Below, piece by piece: positions 1 through 10,117 of a stretch of 64,000 nucleotides of DNA (position 1 is the first letter of the stretch; each line of letters begins with the position of its first letter). This DNA comes from Bdellovibrionales bacterium (GTDB lineage Bacteria; Bdellovibrionota; Bdellovibrionia; Bdellovibrionales; UBA1609). The notes below the pieces were generated by a model, which searched no databases, was not told the origin of the DNA, and saw only the letters and a program-made list of their open reading frames with translations. The position numbers were made by a program, and so were the translations under genes. The stretch is taken from contig OZ251448.1 of NCBI GenBank assembly GCA_965242515.1, positions 163,117 to 227,116 of the forward strand. Reading direction: 5' to 3'.

Positions 1-27
1 TTATATTTAGTTTTATTATGAGCTATT

Positions 28-276
28 ATGTTAGAAATTATGAGTAAATTTGCAAAAAATGCTAAAGATACAGGCAGTTCCATGGTGCAGATTGCTTTAT
101 TAACGGAGCGGATCAAATCTCTCACCCAGCATTTTCAAACTCACAAAAAGGATTTTCATTCACAAAGGGGTTTGATGAGGATGATTAGTCGCAGAAAAAA
201 GCTATTGAGTTACATAAAAAGAACCAAGCCTCATATATATCAAAAAACCATACAGGAGCTAAATTTAAGAAAGTAA
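28..276 (+). CDS. rpsO: 30S ribosomal protein S15
   Basis: S15 hallmarks are present (DTGS..VQIALLT.RI..LT.HF..HKKD.HS.RGL..M...R.KLL.Y). It sits in the classical position directly upstream of pnp. An in-frame stop at 19-21 limits the start to ATG 28 or ATG 40. Confidence 0.9.
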   Translation: MLEIMSKFAKNAKDTGSSMVQIALLTERIKSLTQHFQTHKKDFHSQRGLMRMISRRKKLLSYIKRTKPHIYQKTIQELNLRK

Positions 277-394
277 TTATTTTTTTATTATTCAACCAAA
301 ACCATTATTAAAAATCTATTGTGTATTCTGTGGTAATTTTGACGAGTCTTTTTGACTATAGGGTATCAAGAGTTTTATAGAAAGGAAGTTTATT

Positions 395-2521
395 ATGTCT
401 TTATCACCTTATGTATCTTCTATTAAGTTAGAGGGTAAAACTATTCAGATTGAAACAGGGGCTTTGGCTCGTCAGTCAGATGCAGCGGTATTAGTTTCTT
501 GCGGTGACGATCAGGTGTTAGCCACAGTGGTATCGTCTAAGGAGAAATCTGATTTAGATTTTTTACCTTTAACGGTGGAGTGTCAAGATCGCTTATATGC
601 TATAGGTAAAATCCCTGGCAATTATTTTCGAAGAGAAGGTCGTCCTACGCATTCGTCTGTACTGTCGGGCAGAATGATTGACAGGCCACTTCGCCCTTGT
701 TTTCCGGAAGGTTATGCTCATGAGATACAGATAGTGGTAACGGTATTAAGCTCTAGTGGGGAGGTATCTTTAAATGCACTATCGTGTTTAGCAGCATCAT
801 CAGCTTTACATGTGAGTAACATTCCTTTTAATGGTCCGGTGGCGTCTGTACAGATAGCCAAAAAAGGTGATAAGTGGTTAGTCAACCCTGGCTCAAAGGA
901 TTTAGAAGCAGATGAGGGGGATACAGATGGTAGCGTTGGTGTTGATTTGAACATGGTTGTATCCGGTGGGCGGTTAGGTTTATTGATGGTAGAGGGTGAG
1001 TTAGGTGTTGTTTCAGAAAAAGTGGCTTTAGAGGCGTTGACACTAGCCCATAAACACATTCAGCCTTTATTAGACCTGCAAGATGATTTAAGAAAGAAGT
1101 CAGGCTCTACTCCTAAAAGAGAGTATGAGGCATTAGAGATTGATAAAGACTGGCGTCAGCAATTAGAAACTTTTTTAACCTCTAAAGTGCAAGCTTGTTT
1201 AGCGGTGAAAGATAAAGTCGGTCGGCAAAATGCTTTTTCTGACTTAAAGCAAAAAGCCGAGGAGCATTTTATAAAAGAAGAGGATGACACCAACACAGTG
1301 AGTTTAAAAAAGCGAGTGTTAGGCATGGTTTTTGATGAGTTAAAATACAACCAAGCAAGAAATGGTATTTTAAAAGGTTCACGCATCGATGGCAGAAAAA
1401 ACGATGAAGTACGCCCTATTACCTCAAAAGTAGGTTTATTAAAAAGAGTGCATGGCTCGTCTCTTTTTACCAGAGGAGAAACGCAAGTTTTAGGTGCTGT
1501 TACTTTAGGCACAGATGAAGACGGTCAACTTATAGAAGATATTAATGGTGTAGGGCAAAAAAAGTTTTTCTTGCATTATAACTTTCCTCCCTATTGTGTG
1601 GGTGAGGTAGGTCGTTTAGGGGGTCAAAGTCGCCGTGAGATAGGGCATGGTTTTTTAGCAGAGAAGGCATTAAAAGTAGTGTTACCTAAGGGTGATGTAT
1701 TTCCTTATTCTATTAGGCTCGCAAGTGAGGTATTGGAGTCTAATGGTTCGTCTTCTATGGGTACGGTATGTGCAGGGAGTATGGCATTATTAGATGCGGG
1801 GGTACCGCTTAAGTCAGGTGTTGCAGGTATTGCTATGGGGCTTATTCAAGAAGAGGGCAAAGTCGCTATTTTATCTGATATTTTAGGAGACGAAGATCAT
1901 TTAGGGGATATGGATTTTAAGGTAGCTGGCACGAGTGATGGTATTACAGCATTACAGATGGATATTAAGGCTAAGAGTGTTTCTTTTGAGGTTATAGAAA
2001 AAGCTTTAGCACAAGCAAAAGCGGGTCGGTTACATATTTTAAATGAGATGGAAAAAACCATTGCTAAGGGTCGTGAGAATTTATCAGCTTATGCCCCTCG
2101 TATAGAAGTTATGCATATTAAGAGAAAAAAAATCCGCGAAGTCATTGGTGCTAGTGGAAAGATGATCAATCGCATTATAGAAGAAACGGGTGCAAAAGTA
2201 TCCATCAATGACGACGGTAGAGTTTGTATTTCATCTAGCTCTATGGAGTCTACTAAAAAGGCTCAAAAAATGATTGAGGACATTGTGTCAGAGGCTGAAG
2301 AGGGCAAGGTGTATGAAGGTAAGGTCGTAAAAGTGGTTTTATTTGGAGCTTTTGTAGAGATATTACCAGGGGTTACAGGTTTATTACATATTTCAGAAAT
2401 AGCTAATGAGCGTGTGAATCAAGTAACAGACTATGTAAAAGAAGGCGACACCGTTAAAGTCAAGGTGGTAGAAATCACCAAAGACGACAAGATTCGCCTT
2501 AGTCGCAAGGTTTTATTGTAA
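395..2521 (+). CDS. pnp: polyribonucleotide nucleotidyltransferase (PNPase)
   Basis: 708 aa with two RNase PH-like halves (HGSSLFTRGETQ, NGSSSMGTVCAGS). A KH motif (GKMINRIIEETGA) and a C-terminal S1 domain (GKVVKVVLFGAFVEILPGVTGLLHISE) follow. Confidence 0.97.
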   Translation: MSLSPYVSSIKLEGKTIQIETGALARQSDAAVLVSCGDDQVLATVVSSKEKSDLDFLPLTVECQDRLYAIGKIPGNYFRREGRPTHSSVLSGRMIDRPLRPCFPEGYAHEIQIVVTVLSSSGEVSLNALSCLAASSALHVSNIPFNGPVASVQIAKKGDKWLVNPGSKDLEADEGDTDGSVGVDLNMVVSGGRLGLLMVEGELGVVSEKVALEALTLAHKHIQPLLDLQDDLRKKSGSTPKREYEALEIDKDWRQQLETFLTSKVQACLAVKDKVGRQNAFSDLKQKAEEHFIKEEDDTNTVSLKKRVLGMVFDELKYNQARNGILKGSRIDGRKNDEVRPITSKVGLLKRVHGSSLFTRGETQVLGAVTLGTDEDGQLIEDINGVGQKKFFLHYNFPPYCVGEVGRLGGQSRREIGHGFLAEKALKVVLPKGDVFPYSIRLASEVLESNGSSSMGTVCAGSMALLDAGVPLKSGVAGIAMGLIQEEGKVAILSDILGDEDHLGDMDFKVAGTSDGITALQMDIKAKSVSFEVIEKALAQAKAGRLHILNEMEKTIAKGRENLSAYAPRIEVMHIKRKKIREVIGASGKMINRIIEETGAKVSINDDGRVCISSSSMESTKKAQKMIEDIVSEAEEGKVYEGKVVKVVLFGAFVEILPGVTGLLHISEIANERVNQVTDYVKEGDTVKVKVVEITKDDKIRLSRKVLL

Positions 2522-2578
2522 AACAGCTTTTTAAAATCACTCAACATCACCCAAAATCACACCCAAAATCAATAAATG

Positions 2579-2599
2579 CCCTTGGTTTTTATACAAGGG
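2579..2599 (+). terminator. possible pnp terminator hairpin
   Basis: CCCTTG (2579-2584) pairs with CAAGGG (2594-2599) across a 9-nt loop, 58 nt after the pnp stop. The trailing T-run is weak, and the 3' arm overlaps the GGGTG of the palindromic box. Confidence 0.35.
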
Positions 2600-2613
2600 T
2601 GTAATTTTTACTT
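2597..2613. promoter_or_regulatory. GGG-TGTAAA-N-TTTACA-type palindromic box (putative operator/activator site)
   Basis: GGGTGTAATTTTTACTT; the core TGTAAT-T-TTTACT at 2600-2612 is centred 94 nt upstream of the ankyrin gene ATG (2700). It is one of seven similar boxes in the window. Confidence 0.4.
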
Positions 2614-2699
2614 AAAGCTAGGGCTTGGTATTGATGTTTCTTATAAAAATATCAATAATCATTCAATAACAATCAAAAGAAGATAATAAGGAGATAATC

Positions 2700-4055
2700 A
2701 TGAAATACATTTGCTTTGTTTTATTATTAGCGTGTCATTATATGGCAAGTGCGAGCCATGATGCAGATTTTTTATCAGCAGTTTATTGGAACAAGGTTGA
2801 AAAAGCCACTCAGTTTTTAAAAAATGGTGCTGTGGATGTTAATACAATAGATAAGTTTGGTGACACAGCTTTGCATAAGGCTGTTATGTATGGGTATAAG
2901 GACATGGTAGTGGAATTATTAAAATTCAAACCTGACACCAATCTTGTTAATTTAAAAGGTTATACCCCACTTTATATTGCGACTTTTGCTAACTATCCAA
3001 ATATTGCAGAGGAGTTACTTAAAAACAACGCAGATGTTAATATTATAATAGAAGATAAGGTAAGTGGCAGTAGTATTGAAACAGCACTGCATTATGCAGC
3101 AAGGCAGGGGCTTTTAAAAATTGCAAGTGTGTTATTAGAGTATGATGCCGATACGGAAGTTAAAGATGAGCATGGTAGAACGGCTTTACATCTTGCTACT
3201 GAGTATAGGCAAAAACAAACTGTTGCTTTATTGTTAGAGCATGGTGCAGATATTGAGGCTAAAACTTCTCAAAGTGTTCTCCCAGCTTATATGTCTGACA
3301 CTGTCGATAAGCATAAGATATTTAAGGGACTTGATAAACCTATTTTATTCACATCGCTTCATATTGCATCACGCGAAGGGTTTGTTGATATAGTGGATTT
3401 ATTATTAGAAAAAGGTGCTGACATAAATTCGCGAAATGTGTATGATTCTACTCCTTTACATTTAGCTTCCGAAGAGGGGCAAAAAGATGTTGTTCGTTTA
3501 TTGCTAGAGCGTGGTGCAGATACCACACTTAAAGACTCTGTGTATGGCAATTTAGCTTTGCATTTTGCTGCAAAATCTCATAGTGTCAGCACATTAGATT
3601 TATTATTAGAAAAAAGTACTGATATAAATATTAAAAATCAGGATGATGAGACATTACTTCATATTGCAACAGGGCATGGACATCGTGAAATTGTAACACA
3701 CTTGCTTAATAAAGGTGCGGATATAGAAGTTAAAGATGAGTATGGTAGAACGGCTTTACATCTTGCAACTTGGCATGGTTTTGCGGATATTGTTACTTTG
3801 TTATTAGAAAAAGGTGCTGATATCAATGCTCAAAATAATTTTGGTGATACACCGCTACATTTAGCTGTTTATTATGGTCGTAGTAAAGATATTATTATGC
3901 AACTTATAGAAAGTGGAGCTAATAAGGATATTGTTAATAATAAAGGTAAAACGGTTTTTTGTCAGATGCAGTATGAGTATAATAAGGTATTTATGAAGTT
4001 ATTAAAAGAAAAGCCCCCATTTTTAGCTTCTTTTTCTTTTGACAAATGTAACTAG
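2700..4055 (+). CDS. secreted ankyrin-repeat protein
   Basis: 451 aa with a signal peptide (MKYICFVLLLACHYMASA/SH). About 10 ANK repeats are visible (for example GRTALHLATEYRQKQTVALLLEHGADIEAK, STPLHLASEEGQKDVVRLLLERGADTTLKD). The protein ends ...FSFDKCN. Confidence 0.9.
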   Translation: MKYICFVLLLACHYMASASHDADFLSAVYWNKVEKATQFLKNGAVDVNTIDKFGDTALHKAVMYGYKDMVVELLKFKPDTNLVNLKGYTPLYIATFANYPNIAEELLKNNADVNIIIEDKVSGSSIETALHYAARQGLLKIASVLLEYDADTEVKDEHGRTALHLATEYRQKQTVALLLEHGADIEAKTSQSVLPAYMSDTVDKHKIFKGLDKPILFTSLHIASREGFVDIVDLLLEKGADINSRNVYDSTPLHLASEEGQKDVVRLLLERGADTTLKDSVYGNLALHFAAKSHSVSTLDLLLEKSTDINIKNQDDETLLHIATGHGHREIVTHLLNKGADIEVKDEYGRTALHLATWHGFADIVTLLLEKGADINAQNNFGDTPLHLAVYYGRSKDIIMQLIESGANKDIVNNKGKTVFCQMQYEYNKVFMKLLKEKPPFLASFSFDKCN

Positions 4056-4358
4056 TATTTTTTTTGCTACTTGTTTTGCGGGATAACTGCAACCCCCTTT
4101 TGGGGCTTGGACCCGAAAAATATCCCTCTCCCGCTCTTTAATTTAAAGTTGTATTTATTAGTCTATGGATTGGATGAGGTTGGGGCATGCTAGGATTACA
4201 TCAAATAAAACACGCCTTGCGTGTGAGCATGGTTTTTCCCCTTATATCAAAAGCGACCCGCTTTGTGGGCGTTTTGGTTTTCTTACTATTTAAATAGTTA
4301 CATTTGCTATTGAGAGGCATTGATTGGATGAAAGTAGAGCATGCAGGTAGGTAATGGA
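4056..4358. repeat. composite of dispersed intergenic repeat modules (B half-copy 4106-4148, linker modules, A-type ends 4225-4287)
   Basis: 4106-4148 (CTTGGACCCGAAAAATATCCCTCTCCCGCTCTTTAATTTAAAG) matches 51675-51717 with 1 mismatch. The linker GTATTTATTAGTCTATGGATTGGATGAGG recurs in reverse orientation at 12715-12750 and 55530-55570. GAGCATGGTTTTTCCCC is an A-module end. Confidence 0.7.
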
Positions 4359-5090
4359 TTAAAAAACTTGGGTAAAAAATTGTAGCATATCTTGGTAGGA
4401 TTTTTTATCAGCACTTTCGTTATAGGAGATGGGGATATTGAATTTTTGTCCTTTTTCGGTAGCTTGTGGATTAGTCCAGCCGTGTTGGGCGTTGGGGTAA
4501 GAGATAAAACGGTAGTTTATTTGGGCATCGTTCATACTTTGTTTAAAGTTTTGCACAGACTGATTAGTGACCATAGTGTCTGCTTCTCCGTGGCACACTA
4601 GTACTTTAGCTGTGATATTGCTTGCTTTGTGGATAGAGTCTAACAGGTCTAATTTACCGTGGAAGCTCACCACACCTTTTACATCTGCTCCCATACGGGC
4701 AAGATGTAGGGATAAAGCCCCTCCTAAGCAATAGCCAATAGAGGCAGTTTTGCTATCATCCACTTGTTTAAGTGATTTTAAATAAAGCCAGTGATTTTTT
4801 AATCTTTTTGAGGTGGTTTCCATATCGGAAAAAAGCTTGGTCATTTTTTCTGTAGCATCTTTAGCGGTAGGGGCGACATAGCCATCTCCGTATATATCTA
4901 AGGCTAAGGCACAGTAGCCATCTTTAGCTAACCTGCGAGCCCTGTTGCGTGTAACTTCTGTAAGCCCCCAAAATTCAGGAATCACCAAAGTCCCTGGCAC
5001 AGGGTGTGTGACATCGGGGGTAGCTAAATAAGACTTTGATACATGATTTGTTTGTTTGATAGATAGTTCTTCTGTATGAATAGAGTTCAT
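4359..5090 (-). CDS. dienelactone hydrolase family protein
   Basis: Alpha/beta hydrolase with the DLH-type nucleophile motif IGYCLGGAL, plus downstream HGE.D and QHGW segments. The start is moved to ATG 5090, which has an AAGGAGAG Shine-Dalgarno just upstream; the track ORF extends to 5126. Confidence 0.8.
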   Translation of the reverse strand: MNSIHTEELSIKQTNHVSKSYLATPDVTHPVPGTLVIPEFWGLTEVTRNRARRLAKDGYCALALDIYGDGYVAPTAKDATEKMTKLFSDMETTSKRLKNHWLYLKSLKQVDDSKTASIGYCLGGALSLHLARMGADVKGVVSFHGKLDLLDSIHKASNITAKVLVCHGEADTMVTNQSVQNFKQSMNDAQINYRFISYPNAQHGWTNPQATEKGQKFNIPISYNESADKKSYQDMLQFFTQVF

Positions 5091-5202
5091 AATATCTCTC
5101 CTTTTGTTATACTTTTTTTGTAACACAGCTCAATTAAAACATACTAACAGTTTTTTTATAAATCAGCAAGTTTAAATCATCCAGGTTAATAAAACTCAAA
5201 AG

Positions 5203-5643
5203 TTATCCTTCTTTGGGGGAGTAGTGGGTGAAGGCTTGGGCATAGTATCTAATTTGTTTTAGTATGTGCAACAGACCGCTTGCTCTAGTGGGGGTAAGGT
5301 GGTTTTGCAGGTCTAGGGTTTTAAGGAAGGAGGGTAGTGGGTCTTTTAATATATCGTCAGGTACTCTGTTGGAGTAGTATTTTACTAAGAGTCTTACAAG
5401 CCCTTTAGTGATGAGGGCATCGCTATCAGATTGAAGCACTATTTTTTTATTTTGCAGTTGGGCGTAAAGCCATACTTGAGATTGACATCCTTTGACCAAC
5501 CAGTCTGGTGTTTTGTACTGGGTGGCTAGAGGGGGAGAGGCTTTGCCGATATTGATAATTTTTTTGTACCGCTCTTGCCAAGAAGTAGTGTGAGCGAATT
5601 CTTGAATAACCTCTTGATTTCTTTTTTGTGTTATGCTTTCCAT
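5203..5643 (-). CDS. sufE: SufE-like sulfur acceptor protein
   Basis: 146 aa with the conserved SufE core ...LVKGCQSQVWLYAQ... and TPTRASGLLHILKQIR. Confidence 0.85.
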   Translation of the reverse strand: MESITQKRNQEVIQEFAHTTSWQERYKKIINIGKASPPLATQYKTPDWLVKGCQSQVWLYAQLQNKKIVLQSDSDALITKGLVRLLVKYYSNRVPDDILKDPLPSFLKTLDLQNHLTPTRASGLLHILKQIRYYAQAFTHYSPKEG

Positions 5644-5700
5644 TTTTTAAGCCTATTTTATAAATTTGAGATAATATTAGAAAAAAATCAACATAGAAAT

Positions 5701-5730
5701 TTGACAAACCTCTTTATTTGTAGTTAAGGT
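5701..5730 (+). promoter_or_regulatory. candidate sigma70-type promoter for rpsL operon
   Basis: A perfect TTGACA (5701-5706) is followed by an 18-nt spacer and TAAGGT (5725-5730), about 70 nt upstream of the rpsL ATG. This is sequence match only. Confidence 0.3.
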
Positions 5731-5800
5731 TCTGGTATTGTATTAAACTTAATTGTTTGATTTAACATTTATAAAAAGTAAAAAAAGGTGAATAAGTAGT

Positions 5801-6181
5801 ATGCCCACATTAAATCAGTTGATTGCAAAGGGTAGAAAAAAGCAAAAAAACCGCACGCAATCGCCGGCTCTTATGGCTTGTCCGCAACGGCGGGGTGTAT
5901 GTACTCGTGTATTTACTAGGTCGCCTAAAAAGCCCAATTCTGCCATTCGGAAGGTAGCTCGTGTAAGGCTTTCTAACGGGTTTGAGGTTAATGCTTACAT
6001 CCCTGGTGAGGGGCACAATCTGCAAGAGCATTCTGTGGTATTGGTGCGTGGTGGGCGTGTGCAGGATTTACCTGGTGTGAAGTACCACATTATTCGTGGG
6101 CATTTAGACACTCAAGGTGTAAAGGATAAGAAGAGGGCTCGTTCTAGGTACGGTACGAAAAAAGCCAAACAACAAAAATAG
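5801..6181 (+). CDS. rpsL: 30S ribosomal protein S12
   Basis: PTLNQLI..GR; [58 protein letters not shown]. Confidence 0.98.
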   Translation: MPTLNQLIAKGRKKQKNRTQSPALMACPQRRGVCTRVFTRSPKKPNSAIRKVARVRLSNGFEVNAYIPGEGHNLQEHSVVLVRGGRVQDLPGVKYHIIRGHLDTQGVKDKKRARSRYGTKKAKQQK

Positions 6182-6185
6182 TAAT

Positions 6186-6662
6186 ATGTCACGTAGAAGT
6201 CGCAAAATTCGTCCTAAAAATGTTAAGCCAGACCCTGTGCATTCTGACGAGGTGGTGAGTTATTTTATTAACAAAGTCATGTGGGATGGGAAAAAGGAGA
6301 TGGCTCGTCGTATTGTGTATCAAGCTTTAGATAAAGTGGCTAAGAAGTATCCTAATGAGGATGCGGTGGGGGTATTTAAAAAAGCGATTGACAATTGCAA
6401 GCCTTCCTTAGAGGTACGATCTAGGCGGGTAGGGGGTGCTACTTATCAGGTGCCGGTGGATGTGCGTCCTGTAAGGCGTTCTACCTTAGCGGTGCGGTGG
6501 TTGATTACAAATGCACGATCTAGGCGAGAGAAAACAATGTCTTCTCGTTTAGCGGCAGAGCTTTTAGATGCTTTTAACCACAAGGGCAATTCTATTAAGA
6601 AAAAAGAGGACATGCATCGTATGGCTGAATCTAACAGAGCTTTTTCTCATTACAATTGGTAG
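6186..6662 (+). CDS. rpsG: 30S ribosomal protein S7
   Basis: 158 aa; ...[25 protein letters not shown]... and a C-terminal NRAF.HY.W. It lies 4 nt after rpsL. Confidence 0.97.
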   Translation: MSRRSRKIRPKNVKPDPVHSDEVVSYFINKVMWDGKKEMARRIVYQALDKVAKKYPNEDAVGVFKKAIDNCKPSLEVRSRRVGGATYQVPVDVRPVRRSTLAVRWLITNARSRREKTMSSRLAAELLDAFNHKGNSIKKKEDMHRMAESNRAFSHYNW

Positions 6663-6698
6663 AGAGTTATCATTGGGTAATTTTTAAGGGCCTTTTCG

Positions 6699-8780
6699 GT
6701 GTCCACATTACATATTCGCACAAAGCAAGACTTAGTACAAACCCGCAATATTGGCATTATTGCTCATATTGATGCAGGCAAAACCACTTTAACAGAGAGG
6801 GTGTTATTTTACACAGGGCTCAGTCGCAAAATGGGGGAGGTGCATGAGGGTAGTGCGGTTATGGACTGGATGAAGCAAGAGCAAGAAAGAGGCATTACCA
6901 TTACCTCTGCTACGACGACTTGTTTTTGGAACGGGCATCGTATTAATATTATAGACACCCCGGGGCATGTGGACTTTACGATAGAGGTGGAGCGATCGCT
7001 AAGGGTATTAGATGGGGCGATTGTGGTGTTTGACGGTGTCAGCGGTGTGGAATCTCAAAGTGAAACAGTGTGGAGGCAAGCTGACAAATATCAAGTTCCG
7101 CGTATAGCTTTTATCAATAAAATGGATCGTGTAGGGGCTGACTATGAGGCAAGCATACAATCTATGAAAGATAGGCTCCATGCTACCCCTTTGCCCTTAC
7201 AAATACCTTTAGGGAGTGCGGAATCTTTTGAAGGGGTGATTGATTTAGTAGAGCAAAAGGCTTTTGTGTGGAATCAGGATACACTGGGAGAAAATTTTTC
7301 TACCCTCCCTGTGCCGGATGCCTACAAAACTCGTGTGCAGAATATGCGAGAAGCTATCATAGAACAATTAGCAGAATGGGATAACCATATTATGCAAAAA
7401 TATGTATCTGAAGAAACTATTTTAACAGAGCATTTAAAAAAAGCTTTAAGAACAGCTACTTTAAATTTAAAAATCACTCCTGTATTTTGTGGCTCGGCTT
7501 TTAAGAACAAAGGTGTGCAACAGGTGTTAAGTTCTGTGGTGGATTATTTACCTAGCCCTTTAGACAGACCTCCTATAGAGGGCAAAGCTTCTAACCATAA
7601 AATAAAACATTGTGAGGTGGACTTTAAAACTCCTCCTGTGGCTTTAGCCTTTAAGCTTATGGAAGACCCTTTTGCTGGTTATTTAACTTACTTGCGGGTG
7701 TATTCAGGCACTTTAAAAGCTGGTTGTCAGTTATGGAATATGAGGGAACAAAAAAAAGAGCGTATTTTGCAATTAGTCAAAATCCATTCTAAAACTAGGC
7801 AAAATGTAGAGTGTTTAAAAGCAGGAGACATTGGTGCGGTGTTAGGTTTGAAATACACTAAAACAGGGGATACTTTGTGTGACAAAGCTTTTTCTATCAC
7901 TTTAGAATCTATTGTTTTCCCAGAGCCTGTAATTTCTATGGTAGTTGAGGCTAAATCTTCTGTGGACCATAAAAAAATGTTACAAGCCCTTAAGGCCTTG
8001 CAAAGGGAAGACCCCACTTGTTTTGTATCTTCCGATACAGAAACGGGGCAGACTTTGCTTATGGGTATGGGGGAGTTGCATTTAGAGGTGATGATTCACC
8101 GTTTAAGGGACGAGCATCAGGTGCGTGTGAATACGGGACCTCCACGGGTATCGTTTCGCGAAACTATCTCTCAAACCGCACAAGCAGAAGCTGTGTTTGA
8201 CAAAGAAATTAGTGGGCAAGCACAGATGGCACGGGTGGTGTTAAAGGTAGAGCCAACGGATATATTAAAGAATGTGGAGTTTAGTTGCTGTGTAGAAGAA
8301 GCTTATGAGCCCTGGGTGTCAGCGGTGAAGGAGGGGGTGTGTTCGGCGATGTATGTAGGACCACTCGCGGGGTACCGGTTATTAGGGGTGAAGGTTTCTT
8401 TATTAGCTGTGGAGTTAAAAAGTGAAGCACCTCAATTATCAGCTTTAAACACAGTAGCAGTACTTGCTTTTAGAAAAGCGGTAGAAAAGGCTAAAGCCCA
8501 ACTTTTGGAGCCACTATTTGACTTAGAGGTTATTACTCCAGAAGAATTTTTAGGGGATGTCACTCGTGACTTAAATGCAAGGAGAGGTAAGATATTAGGG
8601 GTTGAAACAAAAGATCACTTACAGGTGGTGAAAGCTCAGGCACCTCTTATGGCTTTATTTGGTTACGCTACACAGTTAAGGTCTTTTAGCCAAGGCAGGG
8701 CTGACTTTACGATGCGTATGAAAGAGTATGCTCCCACTCCTCTTAAAATCACGGAATTAGTGCTATCTGGCAGGTATTAA
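6699..8780 (+). CDS. fusA: elongation factor G (divergent)
   Basis: GTG start. GTPase motifs [17 protein letters not shown] and NKMDR are present, together with EF-G domains II-V (GELHLEV, YATQLRS.SQGRA). It occupies the str-operon position after rpsG. Confidence 0.93.
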   Translation: MSTLHIRTKQDLVQTRNIGIIAHIDAGKTTLTERVLFYTGLSRKMGEVHEGSAVMDWMKQEQERGITITSATTTCFWNGHRINIIDTPGHVDFTIEVERSLRVLDGAIVVFDGVSGVESQSETVWRQADKYQVPRIAFINKMDRVGADYEASIQSMKDRLHATPLPLQIPLGSAESFEGVIDLVEQKAFVWNQDTLGENFSTLPVPDAYKTRVQNMREAIIEQLAEWDNHIMQKYVSEETILTEHLKKALRTATLNLKITPVFCGSAFKNKGVQQVLSSVVDYLPSPLDRPPIEGKASNHKIKHCEVDFKTPPVALAFKLMEDPFAGYLTYLRVYSGTLKAGCQLWNMREQKKERILQLVKIHSKTRQNVECLKAGDIGAVLGLKYTKTGDTLCDKAFSITLESIVFPEPVISMVVEAKSSVDHKKMLQALKALQREDPTCFVSSDTETGQTLLMGMGELHLEVMIHRLRDEHQVRVNTGPPRVSFRETISQTAQAEAVFDKEISGQAQMARVVLKVEPTDILKNVEFSCCVEEAYEPWVSAVKEGVCSAMYVGPLAGYRLLGVKVSLLAVELKSEAPQLSALNTVAVLAFRKAVEKAKAQLLEPLFDLEVITPEEFLGDVTRDLNARRGKILGVETKDHLQVVKAQAPLMALFGYATQLRSFSQGRADFTMRMKEYAPTPLKITELVLSGRY

Positions 8781-8809
8781 AATGGGTATTAAAGTGAGGA
8801 TAGATTAAA

Positions 8810-10117
8810 ATGAATATTACAGTTAAAAAATTTGGTGGCACTTCTGTGGGTTCCATTGAGCGTATTTTTACAGTGGCAGAGCGTATTGTGAAAGATAAAG
8901 CAAGGGGGGAGTTACCAGTGGTGGTGGTATCTGCTATGTCGGGGGAAACAGATAGATTGGTGCGTTTGGCACGAGGGCTTGCTCCTTTCAGTAAGGGTTC
9001 TGCGTATGATATGTTGTTAGCAGCGGGGGAGCAAATTAGTGTAGCCCTTTTGGCATTGGCGTTGGAAAAGTATAAGTTAAAGGTGGTGCCTTTACTTGCA
9101 CATCAGGTGGGTATTTATACGGATTCTTTGTTTTCTAAGGCTCGCATTCAAAAAATCAACACAGGTCCTATTTTAAAGTGTTTGAAAGAAGGGTATGTGC
9201 CATTGATAGCCGGCTTTCAAGGGGTAACAAAGCACAATAAAATCACCACTTTAGGGCGAGGGGGGAGTGATACGACGGCTGTGGGGGTAGCCGTGGCATT
9301 GCAGCAAAACACTTGCGAGATTTTTACGGATGTTTCTAAAGTATATACAGCGGATCCTCGGTTGATTAAATCTTGTAAAATTGCTAAACTTAGTTTTGAG
9401 GAAATGATGGAGATGTCTTCTCTAGGTAGCCGTGTGTTGCATCACCGAGCCGTAGAGATGGCTGCTAAATATAATGTGCGTCTTCATGTACGCTCCTCTT
9501 ATGAAACCACTGAAGGCACTTGGATTGTACCAAAGGAGGAACTAATGGAAACCCCGCTTGTATCGGCTGTAACCCATGATTTACAGACAGTGTTAATTAA
9601 AATGGTATCTGTGCCGAAGGGGGTGCAGTTTATTAGCCAGTTGTTTGACAAATTGGCACAAAAAGCCATATCTGTTGATGTTATTTCGCAAAGCGATCAA
9701 GAAAAGAGCCAAAGGTTAGCGTTTTCTATCTCTTCTGAAGATTTGAAAGAAACAACGGACATTCTTCACAAAGTGATAGATAAAAAAAATGTTTTTGTGA
9801 AAGAAGATGTGGCTAAAGTATCTATTGTAGGGGTGGGGATGGCTCATCATCCAGGTGTGGCTAGCAGGTTTTTTAAAGTGCTTAATCAAAAAGGGTTGCA
9901 TTTGCACTTAGTAACCACTTCAGAAATTAAAGTCAGTGCTATTATTGATAGAGCTTATTTAAAACAAGTAGTACAGGCTTTGCATACGGAGTTTCAGTTA
10001 AAAGGTAGTAGTACTGATGATTCTGATGTGAAATCAGAAAACAAAAGTGCCACTCCATCTTCTGCTTCGTCGGCAGATGAGCCTTCTTCTTCAGGTGGAG
10101 TGCCTCGTGCCTTTTGA
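8810..10117 (+). CDS. lysC: aspartate kinase
   Basis: KFGGTSVGS, VVVVSAMSGETD and GRGGSDTTAV motifs, followed by two ACT-like segments. There is a low-complexity Ser/Asp-rich C-terminal tail. Confidence 0.92.
   Translation: MNITVKKFGGTSVGSIERIFTVAERIVKDKARGELPVVVVSAMSGETDRLVRLARGLAPFSKGSAYDMLLAAGEQISVALLALALEKYKLKVVPLLAHQVGIYTDSLFSKARIQKINTGPILKCLKEGYVPLIAGFQGVTKHNKITTLGRGGSDTTAVGVAVALQQNTCEIFTDVSKVYTADPRLIKSCKIAKLSFEEMMEMSSLGSRVLHHRAVEMAAKYNVRLHVRSSYETTEGTWIVPKEELMETPLVSAVTHDLQTVLIKMVSVPKGVQFISQLFDKLAQKAISVDVISQSDQEKSQRLAFSISSEDLKETTDILHKVIDKKNVFVKEDVAKVSIVGVGMAHHPGVASRFFKVLNQKGLHLHLVTTSEIKVSAIIDRAYLKQVVQALHTEFQLKGSSTDDSDVKSENKSATPSSASSADEPSSSGGVPRAF

Noticed and set aside
10047-10106. Long N-terminal extension of lysA from ATG 10047 (MPLHLLLRRQMSLLLQVECL)
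   Set aside because: It lies entirely inside the lysC coding tail in another frame and has no similarity to LysA N-termini, which begin near ..FEY..G.L. GTG 10107, with an upstream GGTGGAG, fits better.
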